Below, in pieces: positions 28,146-36,949 of a DNA stretch of 64,000 nucleotides. Within the stretch, counting starts at the first letter, position 1; each line of letters opens with the position of its first letter. Under the pieces are notes generated by a model. That model saw only the letters and a list, made by a program, of their open reading frames with translations, searched no databases and was not told the origin of the DNA. The stretch spans positions 544,001 to 608,000 of the forward strand of contig OZ245842.1 of assembly GCA_965228895.1 (NCBI GenBank), given 5' to 3'. This DNA comes from Alphaproteobacteria bacterium. GTDB taxonomy: Bacteria; Pseudomonadota; Alphaproteobacteria; SP197. The position numbers and the translations under genes are program-made.

Positions 28146-29267
28146 ATGACAACACGCGATCCCGTAGACCAACTTCTGTCTGGTCGAATGGACCGGCGCA
28201 CGCTCAGCAAGACGCTCGGCTCGCTTGGCATCGGCGTTGCAGCCATGCCACTCGTAACACAGGAAGTACGGGCCGAAGAGGAGGAGGCCAACTTCTTCAC
28301 CTGGGCTGGTTATGAGAACCCAATGTTCCATCAGACCTATATTGACAAATATGGTGTCTCGCCCAACGTCACGTTCTTCGGTGGCACCACCGAAGCCAAG
28401 AACAAGATTCTTGCCGGGTACAAGACCGACATTGGTCACCCCTGTTCGGGCGGTGTTACGGAGTGGTATGCGTCCGGCATTATCGTCCCGTTCGATACCG
28501 GCCGGATGAAGTTCTGGAATGACTACTTTGAGCCTCTCAGGAACATCAACTCAACCCTGACGCCGGAAGGCGATCATCTGTTTGTTCCGTGGGACTGGGG
28601 CAATTCATCGATCCTCTACCGCACCGATCTCGTGGAGATCGAGGAAGAATCCTGGGGCCTGCTGTTTGACGAGCGGTACAAGGGCAAGCTTGCGACCTAC
28701 GATTCACCGCAGGCCGGTGTGCAAGTCGCCGCTCAGGTCCTCGGCTTTACGAACCTCGAATCCCTGAGCGACGAGCAACTCGCTGAAGTCAGGACGCTCT
28801 TGGAAAAGCAGCGTTCGCTTTTGCGGTTCTATTGGGAGAGCCAGTCCGAGGCCGGTCAGGCCATGGTCGCCGGCGAGTTGGTTGCGACCTACGCCTGGAA
28901 CGATCTCTACAAGACGGTGACCGATGCGGGGATCCCTGTGACCTATATGTCGCCTAAAGAAGGCGCGCGCAACTGGGTTTGCGGCTTCGTGCTGACCGCC
29001 CCGGAGAACCGGGTTGCCAGCGACGAGCGTGTCTACGACTTCCTCGACGCCATGATGTCGCCGGAAGCCGGCGCCTTCTTGATCGACGAGTACAGCTACG
29101 GCGCAGCCAACAGCAAGTCCTTTGACCTGGTTCCGCCCGAGCGCGTTGCGGAGGTCGGTCTGTCCGATCCCGAAGCCTTCTTGGCGAAGGGCATCCTGCA
29201 GCCCATACCGCCCGAATACGACGAGAAGTACGTCAATCTCTGGGAAGAGGTGAAACTCGGCATGTAG
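28146..29267 (+). CDS. PotD/PotF-like ABC substrate-binding protein with Tat-like signal
   Basis: MDRRTL, FTWAGYE, PWDWG, SWGLLFD, PKEG. Confidence 0.85.
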   Translation: MTTRDPVDQLLSGRMDRRTLSKTLGSLGIGVAAMPLVTQEVRAEEEEANFFTWAGYENPMFHQTYIDKYGVSPNVTFFGGTTEAKNKILAGYKTDIGHPCSGGVTEWYASGIIVPFDTGRMKFWNDYFEPLRNINSTLTPEGDHLFVPWDWGNSSILYRTDLVEIEEESWGLLFDERYKGKLATYDSPQAGVQVAAQVLGFTNLESLSDEQLAEVRTLLEKQRSLLRFYWESQSEAGQAMVAGELVATYAWNDLYKTVTDAGIPVTYMSPKEGARNWVCGFVLTAPENRVASDERVYDFLDAMMSPEAGAFLIDEYSYGAANSKSFDLVPPERVAEVGLSDPEAFLAKGILQPIPPEYDEKYVNLWEEVKLGM

Positions 29268-29367
29268 CGCCGATGTTGTACACACTGCCGGGCGTGCGCA
29301 GAGCGGGTCCGGCGGTGTGTGCCGTTCCAAATCGCAATGACGTCGTTCAACGCCGTTTGCCTGTCGA

Positions 29368-31098
29368 TCATCGACCGATAGCGTAGGCGTCCCGTCGCGG
29401 GTCGGCACCGCCGGTGAGCAGACTGGTCTCAGGATCGACCGTGATGGCCGACATCACGCCCATATCCATGGGTTCCCAATCTTCGACCCGGCGAACGTCG
29501 TGTCCCCTGTTCGAGAGTTCATCGGTCACATCCGTCTCAATGCGGCTCTCGACGTGCAGACGGCCCGGCAGATAATCGTGCGGCCAGAAGGAGTCGGGGA
29601 AACTCCAGGTCGTGAACCGTGGCGCCTCGATGGCGGTCTGGGCGTTCATGCCGAACACGGCGATGTTCAGGAACGTCTGGACCATGGCCTGGCACTGGGC
29701 ATCGCCACCGGGACAACCAAACGGCATGAACAGCTTGCCGTCTTTGAACGCCATGGCGGGGTTGGGTGTCAGTCGAGGCCGCTTCCAAGGCTCGAGCTTC
29801 GACGCGTGGTTTTCGTCGAGCCACGTCTGCGTGCCCCGACCGGAGAGACTGAAACCGAGTTCCGGCACGATGGGTGCGCGTGTGTTCGCATCGCTCGGCG
29901 TGGCCGAGAAGGCGTTTCCCCAGCGATCGACGACACAGGTGTAGCTGGTATCGGTTTCGCGTTCGCGAAAGCTCTGCCCTGAGCGCGGTTCCGGTCGACC
30001 CCACGGCGTCATGTCGTTAATGAGGCCTGGGGCCGGCATCTCTCCGAACGCCTGGTGCATGTCTATCTGCCCACGTCGGCTGCGTGTGTATTCCGGCGTC
30101 ATCAAAGCGTCCATCGGCACGTCGACCATGTCGGGATCGCCGAAGTAATAGTCCCGATCGGAGAAGCTCAGGTTCATGGCTTCGGACAGCAGATGAATGT
30201 AGTCCGCGCTGTTGTGTCCGAGCGCGGCGAGGTCGTCATGCTCCAGCATCTGCAGGGTCTGCGGCACGACCGGCCCCTGACACCAGGGCCCGCAGGCAAA
30301 GATCTCGTAGTCATGAAAGGTGCCGCGCACATGGGGCTCTTCCTTGACCGAAAAGTCACGAAAGTCCTCCAGCCTGAGCAGGCCGCCTTGTTCTTCGCTG
30401 TAACGCGCCATCTCCTGGGCGATGTCGCCGCGATAGAATTCGTCCCGGGCGGCCCGAATAGCCGCCTCGCGGCCTTGCGCCGCATGCTTGCGCTCGACAT
30501 CGATCAACCGTTCGAAGGTGCGCGCCAGCGCCGGCTGGACGATGAGTGTGCCTGCCGGAGGCACCTCTCCGTCGCGCAAGTATGTCTCCCGGTTGGCGGG
30601 CCAACGGCTGATGGCGTCAACTTCGCCCACGAGCTGGTTGCGCACGACCGTTGAGAGGGCGTAGCCGTCCCACGCTATTTCCAGCGCCGGTGTCAGGACT
30701 TCTTCCAACGTCATGGTGCCGTAGTTTTGCAGCGCGGTGAGCCATGCATCGGGTGCTGCCGGCACCACCGCACGGCGGATGTCCGCGGGCAAGTCGCCTG
30801 CGCAGTTGTCCTTGAAAAACGCGATGCTCGCTGCCTTCGGCCAGCGGCCGAGCCCGCTGATCGTGGTCACGGCGCGACGGTCAGCGAGGTAGATCATGAT
30901 GGGCGCGACGCCGCCGAAGTTCGTGTTGTCGCCCAGCACCACGTTGATCACGATGCCGGAGGCGACACCCGCATCCACCGCGTTGCCGCCTTGCTCCAGC
31001 AACCGGTAACCCGCCGCTGCCGACAACGGATGGCCCGAACTGATAACATGGTGCGTGCCCATGACCGGCGGGCGATGCGAACCATAGGTCGTTGTCAT
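29368..31098 (-). CDS. Gamma-glutamyltransferase family Ntn-hydrolase
   Basis: GGNAVDA, FYRGDIA, DTSYTCVVD (nucleophile Thr), KRPRLTPNP, GADPRRD. Confidence 0.9.
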   Translation of the reverse strand: MTTTYGSHRPPVMGTHHVISSGHPLSAAAGYRLLEQGGNAVDAGVASGIVINVVLGDNTNFGGVAPIMIYLADRRAVTTISGLGRWPKAASIAFFKDNCAGDLPADIRRAVVPAAPDAWLTALQNYGTMTLEEVLTPALEIAWDGYALSTVVRNQLVGEVDAISRWPANRETYLRDGEVPPAGTLIVQPALARTFERLIDVERKHAAQGREAAIRAARDEFYRGDIAQEMARYSEEQGGLLRLEDFRDFSVKEEPHVRGTFHDYEIFACGPWCQGPVVPQTLQMLEHDDLAALGHNSADYIHLLSEAMNLSFSDRDYYFGDPDMVDVPMDALMTPEYTRSRRGQIDMHQAFGEMPAPGLINDMTPWGRPEPRSGQSFRERETDTSYTCVVDRWGNAFSATPSDANTRAPIVPELGFSLSGRGTQTWLDENHASKLEPWKRPRLTPNPAMAFKDGKLFMPFGCPGGDAQCQAMVQTFLNIAVFGMNAQTAIEAPRFTTWSFPDSFWPHDYLPGRLHVESRIETDVTDELSNRGHDVRRVEDWEPMDMGVMSAITVDPETSLLTGGADPRRDAYAIGR

Positions 31099-31242
31099 AG
31101 GTCGAGTTCCCCGCATGTGTTGGGTGGCGGCATCGGTCTTGTCAAACCAGGTTGGCTTGGGTTGGCCAGGGGTCACGCGTCGCCGGTGAGCATGCGCAAT
31201 CCCTGCCTCGACTTCAACAGCGCACGATAGAACGGATTGTGG

Positions 31243-33756
31243 TCAAGCTTGGAACGGCGTTGAATCGAGAAAACGCTGCAGCACGTTCGCGGTGATTGTG
31301 GATACGTTGTTCTCATAATTGCTGTGACACAGGCCGTCGCACCAGGAGATGGAGCCGGTGGAAAACACGGCGCCGCCGGCCGGCGTTTCAAAGAACACCA
31401 TGTCTGCTCGGACTAGGGGTGAGTTCTCGCCGTTGATGTCGGCGGTCAGATGGTAAAACTCTTCGGGCACCGTGAGATAGCTGGCAGAAAGATGGGTGGC
31501 GTTGGCGACAACCAGCGCATGCGGTGGCGTGCCCAACGCCGCATCGGCGCGGTCGAGCTCCGCGCCCGCGGCGCCGCCCAGGGCAAAACCAAAATCGCCG
31601 ATCCTCTCGTTCTCGCCGACGCCTTCGAAGATCCACGCGGCTCTTGGGTCGAAACTCGCCTCGGTGCGCTCGTAGTAAGAGGCGGAGTCGAACCCACATG
31701 CCGTGTAGCCCACACCCAGCAGTTCCTGCGGCGTGCGGCCATTGCGCCGCCACAGACCGGAGAGCTCTCCCGTCGACGCCAGGTGATATTCACCGGGCTC
31801 CGCGATCCAGTTTCTGCCGCCGTCCTCGGCCCGGCGCATCTCGATGAGGCCGGAATCTTCGGGATGGTAGGCGATCTTCCAATAGAATCCGTTCGCACCG
31901 AGATACATGAACCGGCCACCTTGCTCGAGGTAGGCGAGTATCGCATCCGACATGGACTGTGAGGTGTACTCCGGGTGGCTGCCCGAGATGACACAGCGGT
32001 ATTGGTTCAGCAGGTCCGCTCCTTCCCGGTCGAGCGCTTCGTCGGTCAGGATGTCGTAGGACTGGCCACTTTCCTCGAGCCAATCAAGAATCAGCGTGTC
32101 CGCGCCAAAATTCCATACGGACTTCCCTGGCGCCATGTCCACGATAGGTCGGTGCCGGGATGCGTGGCACACACCGCTGCCATCGCTGTGCAAATCGTAG
32201 GTCGAGGCGCCGAGCTCCGGATGCATCTGCAGATACATCTGATTTTTGGACAAGGCCGCAAACCGGTTCATGGTCCGCTCAAGGAAGCGCCGGCGCTGTA
32301 CGTGCGTGCCATCGTTGCCGTAGCACACATAGGTGGCGGTCGGCATCAAAACGGCCAGCTTCGAGCCCGGCTTGCCTTTGGCAGGCAGCACGAAGAAGGT
32401 GGCGTAGGCGGACTTCTCGCCTTGACGGAATCGTCCGCAGTAGACCCCGCTCTTCCAGTCTGTTGGGATCGTCAGCGCGATGTCGTCGGCCCAGCCACAA
32501 TCGACCACGTCGTCCTCGTGGAAGTGAATAGCGCCATAGTGCGCGGGATTGTCCGCCCATCGGTGCGCCGTTCCGTTCCATCGACTGCCTTTCATCGCCC
32601 GGGTCGGTAGATTGACGGTGTGTCCGTGCCAGGCGTGGGGTGAGGTGTCGACGATCGCGGTCCCCGACGGGTCGCGCGAAAAATCCCAGGCCGCGACAAG
32701 CGAGCCTTCTTCGCCGCGCGGGGATGAAAACAGCGCGGGCGCCTCCAACTTGCCGTTGAAGTGCGCGGTCATGGATCCGTCGGCGGCCTTCCACGCGCCG
32801 ATGAAAAAATCATCGGGCTCGAGCGCTGGTCGGACATCGATCTGCTGCTCGGCGCACGCCTCGCGTAGAAGCAGATGGCCGGGTTCCAGGCAACGATGCG
32901 ATACCAGAAGCTTGCCGCTAGCAGGCTCGTAGCTGGCCGTCGCTTCGTGCCAGTAGTCGAGCGGCAGCGGCTTGGTCGTCGAGACCGTGCAGACCTGACC
33001 GGGTCCGGCGCCGGCGACTACGCTGAGCCGCCCTGCCTCGTCCAGATACAAGGCAAACCCGGTTTCACGCCCTGAGTCCCAGGTGCCCACAAGCGATTGG
33101 GGTCGGCCGGTCTGAAGCGTCGGTTTGACGTTGATGCGAAGGCAAAACCCGTCGGGCGTCGCCGGACAAGGCTGTGTGAACGCGACATAAGAGCCGATCG
33201 AGGTCGACTGATCCCGCCCCTCGTACTCTCCGTCCGCCGCCGTGGCCGCCGGTGTCAGATGCTCACCCGGACCGTCCGGGTCAGCGACGGCGGAGCGGAC
33301 TTTGACGACGTCGAAGTGGTACTTCGAGCCAAGCTTGCCCGTTGACACCTTAAAGTTCACGACCTCTCCGGGGCGCACGTCCCAGCGGTCCGCATAGGCG
33401 AGCATCCGTTCGTCGACACACGGCTTCTGGGGTAGGCCGGCCAGCGCAATCTCGTCGCCCAATGGCAGTGTCTGGCCGGTCAGCATCTCCCAGCGTAGCT
33501 TGAACATCGCTCGCTGTGCGTCGGCATAGGTTTCGAAGTGCACGCCCTCGTAGACGCGGACCGGGTCACCTCGGCGGTCGCTCACGCAGCCAAGCCCATA
33601 TCCCCCGTCGTCCACTTCGACGATGACGTGCGCGTCGTCTACCGTGTCGGCCCGCATGATGGTCAGCAAGCGCTGCAGGCTGGGGCTATGTGGCCCGAGT
33701 GGGTTCTCGAAATATTCCTCGCACGGCGCCAAGTCTCTCGGATCGACATCTAACAT
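31243..33756 (-). CDS. N,N-dimethylformamidase-like amidase, small and large subunits fused in one chain
   Basis: N-terminal ~100 aa DmfA1-like (NPLGPHSP.LQRLL...RGDPV...FKLRW); then DmfA2-like YADRWDVRPG, HFHEDD, TYVCYGN, STYDLHSDG, HPEY, GANGFYW, GAVFSTGSI; GGGAGG before ATG 33756. Confidence 0.85.
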   Translation of the reverse strand: MLDVDPRDLAPCEEYFENPLGPHSPSLQRLLTIMRADTVDDAHVIVEVDDGGYGLGCVSDRRGDPVRVYEGVHFETYADAQRAMFKLRWEMLTGQTLPLGDEIALAGLPQKPCVDERMLAYADRWDVRPGEVVNFKVSTGKLGSKYHFDVVKVRSAVADPDGPGEHLTPAATAADGEYEGRDQSTSIGSYVAFTQPCPATPDGFCLRINVKPTLQTGRPQSLVGTWDSGRETGFALYLDEAGRLSVVAGAGPGQVCTVSTTKPLPLDYWHEATASYEPASGKLLVSHRCLEPGHLLLREACAEQQIDVRPALEPDDFFIGAWKAADGSMTAHFNGKLEAPALFSSPRGEEGSLVAAWDFSRDPSGTAIVDTSPHAWHGHTVNLPTRAMKGSRWNGTAHRWADNPAHYGAIHFHEDDVVDCGWADDIALTIPTDWKSGVYCGRFRQGEKSAYATFFVLPAKGKPGSKLAVLMPTATYVCYGNDGTHVQRRRFLERTMNRFAALSKNQMYLQMHPELGASTYDLHSDGSGVCHASRHRPIVDMAPGKSVWNFGADTLILDWLEESGQSYDILTDEALDREGADLLNQYRCVISGSHPEYTSQSMSDAILAYLEQGGRFMYLGANGFYWKIAYHPEDSGLIEMRRAEDGGRNWIAEPGEYHLASTGELSGLWRRNGRTPQELLGVGYTACGFDSASYYERTEASFDPRAAWIFEGVGENERIGDFGFALGGAAGAELDRADAALGTPPHALVVANATHLSASYLTVPEEFYHLTADINGENSPLVRADMVFFETPAGGAVFSTGSISWCDGLCHSNYENNVSTITANVLQRFLDSTPFQA

Positions 33757-34120
33757 TAAACCCTCCCAGATTTTGTGGAGCGGCAGACGGCGGGCGAAGC
33801 CGGCCGCATCGTACGCCATTGCCGGCGCAACAACGGTCGAGATCGTGCAGGCCATCGCGACGCACACCATCCACGATCAGCGTACCGCCGTAACGCCTCT
33901 TGGTGTTGGACGAAGCGATCAGCACCACTCCATGTGCACCGGCGTTCCTCAGATAATCCCCCATAGCGGCGTTCACGATAGCCAAACAGGCCCCATTCAT
34001 CCTAAACCATGCATCGCAACGCCGTTCGTTGACATGGGTATTGGAGACCTGTTCGAAATCGGCAGCGCGTTCGGTTGTTTTCGCAGCCATTTTTTCGAGT
34101 GCCATCGGGGGAGTTGTCGG

Positions 34121-35221
34121 ATGCGGATCGTTGATGTGACGCCTTATCTGGTCGGGCCGAAACCTAGCTCGGATGGCTGGTCTACGGGTCAGATCGTTGT
34201 GTTTGTGAAGCTTGAAACGGACACAGGGCTCGTCGGTTGGGGTGAGGCCTACGCGCTATCCTACAGGGAGCGGGCAATCTGCGAGATCATCATCGCGTTG
34301 GGTGAAGCCTTGAAGCAGATGTCGGCCGCCACGCCGCGCGCCTTTTTGCACCAAGTCGCAAAACCCATGGACACCAAACACCCAGGCATCGACTACGCGT
34401 CGGCGGTAAGTGCCATCGAAATCGCGCTCTGGGACCTGGCCGGCAAGGCCGCGCGGATGCCCGTGCATGCACTGCTTGGCGGTGCCATCGTCGACAAGGT
34501 GCCGCTTTACGCCAACGCCTGGGACTCGCCGGTCCAAAGGCCTGAGGCCATTGCAGAACGATGCGCCATGATGCGCTCGCAGGGCTACCATGCCGTCAAG
34601 ATCTATCCCTTGCGCCAGCCCAGCCTCGCGGATGCTGAAGCTTGTGTCCGGTTGACCCGCGAAGCGGTCGGTTGGGACGCGGACATCATGCTCGATTTTG
34701 CCATCCAGCAAGACCCGCGCCACGCGCTTCATGCCGCGCGCCTGTTCGAACCTTACAGGCCCTACTGGATAGAAGAGCCGCTGGCCGGCGATGACTTTGA
34801 TGGCCTGGCCGAATTTCGCGCCAACACGAAAACGCGCATCACCACCGGCGAACGTCAGTCGGGTCTACGTCATTACCGCAGTGTTCTCGATAAGAGAGCG
34901 GCTGACGTGCTCAATCCTGATATTGCCGGGGCTGGCGGTATCCTGACGATGCTTGAAATCGGCGCCATGGCAGACTCCCACGCGGTGATGATCTCACCCC
35001 ATAGCTGGAACAGCACAACCGTCGCCTTTCTCGCCATGCTCCATACCTGCGCGGTGATGCGGAACGCGATCTACGCGGAGGTCTATTACGACTATCTGGA
35101 ACTGGGCGCGGATTACGCCAACTGTGACTATGCCATCGACAGCGGTTATGCCAGCCTGCCGCAAAAGCCAGGACTGGGCATCGAGATGAACGAGGATGCG
35201 CTGCGGTCGCTGGCTCCATGA
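34121..35221 (+). CDS. Mandelate racemase/enolase-superfamily enzyme (acid-sugar dehydratase-like)
   Basis: GWGEA, IEIALWDLAGK, MLD / WIEEP / TGE metal ligands, SPH. Confidence 0.88.
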   Translation: MRIVDVTPYLVGPKPSSDGWSTGQIVVFVKLETDTGLVGWGEAYALSYRERAICEIIIALGEALKQMSAATPRAFLHQVAKPMDTKHPGIDYASAVSAIEIALWDLAGKAARMPVHALLGGAIVDKVPLYANAWDSPVQRPEAIAERCAMMRSQGYHAVKIYPLRQPSLADAEACVRLTREAVGWDADIMLDFAIQQDPRHALHAARLFEPYRPYWIEEPLAGDDFDGLAEFRANTKTRITTGERQSGLRHYRSVLDKRAADVLNPDIAGAGGILTMLEIGAMADSHAVMISPHSWNSTTVAFLAMLHTCAVMRNAIYAEVYYDYLELGADYANCDYAIDSGYASLPQKPGLGIEMNEDALRSLAP

Positions 35222-35493
35222 CGCACTGTGCTCGACGACGAGCTTGGGGCAGGCGGGCAGACCGAACGATCCGCGAAGTATCCCGCAGGTTTGACCCATT
35301 GACCTGACGACGGCTTGCTGGTCGTCCGGCAAGACCAGCCCTGACGTTCGGGAGGACGATCCCGCCCACACGCCTTCAAGGGTCTTTCACCTGGACCGCA
35401 AGTCCGATCAGTATCATCGCCAACGCTGGCCGTGGACGCTTAGTATTAGACACCGTCAACGCGCATCGTACCGCCAGAACCGGGGAGAGAGAT

Positions 35494-36735
35494 ATGGAGT
35501 ACCGCGACGAGATCTACTTCGAGGCCCAGCCCGAACGGGAGGTGCCGTTCTCCGAGGACGAGTATGCCCAGCGCCTGACGCGCATTCGCCAGGCCATGGC
35601 CGAGGCAGGTATCGACTGCCTGTTCCTGAGCTCGCCGGAAAGTTTGTACTACGTCTCCGGCTACCGCTGTATGTGGTACCACACCGAAAGCCCGATCGAG
35701 TGGTCGGCGACGAACGGCATCGCGGTCCACGTCGACCACGATCGCTATATCCATTTCGAGACCGAGCGCGAGGCGGTGCTGACCCGCACGTTCACGGTCG
35801 ATACCGACACCCGCTATTTCCCCAAGGACAGTTACCGTGACGGCACGACCTTCATCGCCGAAGAGCTCAAGGCCGAAGGCTGGCTCAAGGGCAATGTGGG
35901 GCTCGAAATGTACGCGATGCGGCCCAACCGCGCGGTGTCGGACCGCTTCCAGGCGGCGTTCGAGGCCGCGGGCGCTAAGGTGATCGACGGCAGCGCGATC
36001 CTGCGCGACGTCCGCTGGGTCAAGTCGCCTGCCGAGATGGAGATGCTGAAGGAAAGCGCAAGGCTTGCCACGATCGGCCTGAAGCGCGCCATGGAGGTTC
36101 TCCGGCCCGGAGTCATGGAGCTTGAGGTCCAGGGTGAGGTGAATCTGGCGATGGCGAAGGCCGGCGGCGAAATGCAGGCCCAGATCATGCCCGTGCTCTC
36201 GGGCAAGAAATCGTTCGCGACCCACGGCTACACCACCCGGCGCAAGATGCAGGCGGGCGAAACCGTCTGCATCGATGTCTGCGGCGTGCACAATCGCTAT
36301 CACATCAATGGCGCGCGGACGTTCTCACTGGGTGAGCCCGCGAAAGACGTGAAAGACGTCACCGACCGGGCCGCGGCCGTGATGGACATCGTTCGCGACT
36401 GCCTGCGTCCAAACCTGCCGGTGCGCGAACTCAACGAAAAGGTGAAGGCGCACTACGACAAAGAGGAGCTGTGGACCTCCCGGGGCTGGATCGGCGGCTA
36501 CGAGATGGGCATCGGTTTTCCGTCGGATTGGGTCGGCAACTTTGTCTACGACCCCCTGGCCGAGAAGAACGCCGACCGGGTGTTCGAACCGGGCACCGCG
36601 GTCAACCACGAAATCCAGATCTTCATGCCGCGCCATGTCGGCCAGTTCTTCATGATCGAAAGTCTGCTCTTCGAGGAGGACAAGGCGAACTTTGCCACGC
36701 CGGAGATCCCCTACAACCTGATCGTCGTCGCGTGA
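35494..36735 (+). CDS. M24 family amidohydrolase (creatinase/ectoine hydrolase-like)
   Basis: PFSEDEYAQRL, VKSPAE, RYH..ARTF, GYEMGIGFP. Confidence 0.82.
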   Translation: MEYRDEIYFEAQPEREVPFSEDEYAQRLTRIRQAMAEAGIDCLFLSSPESLYYVSGYRCMWYHTESPIEWSATNGIAVHVDHDRYIHFETEREAVLTRTFTVDTDTRYFPKDSYRDGTTFIAEELKAEGWLKGNVGLEMYAMRPNRAVSDRFQAAFEAAGAKVIDGSAILRDVRWVKSPAEMEMLKESARLATIGLKRAMEVLRPGVMELEVQGEVNLAMAKAGGEMQAQIMPVLSGKKSFATHGYTTRRKMQAGETVCIDVCGVHNRYHINGARTFSLGEPAKDVKDVTDRAAAVMDIVRDCLRPNLPVRELNEKVKAHYDKEELWTSRGWIGGYEMGIGFPSDWVGNFVYDPLAEKNADRVFEPGTAVNHEIQIFMPRHVGQFFMIESLLFEEDKANFATPEIPYNLIVVA

Positions 36736-36738
36736 TGG

Positions 36739-36793
36739 GAGAGCGGGGCGTGCGCCGATCCGATAGGCGGAGGCAGGTGCGGCCCCTCTTTTG
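36739..36793 (+). terminator. Probable intrinsic terminator
   Basis: Imperfect GC-rich hairpin (GAGCGGGGCGTGCGCC...GGTGCGGCCCCTC) followed by TTTT just after the stop codon. Confidence 0.45.
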
Positions 36794-36949
36794 ATGTCGT
36801 CTGTTCGCTAAGCTCTAGCTGAACTGACGGCCGGTTCGCACAGCGGTGCCTTCGGTTCCGCGCGGCGATGTCGGGCTGCTGCCGTTGTTGACTCCGTGCT
36901 GCGTCTCCTGACTGACAAGCTTTCCCGGCGCGGGGCGGCCTTGGTTTGC

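Noticed and set aside
33757-34120. ORF-track N-terminal extensions of the DMFase-like and enolase genes, which overlap each other
   Set aside because: Better RBS-supported starts at 33756 and 34121 leave an ordinary divergent intergenic region
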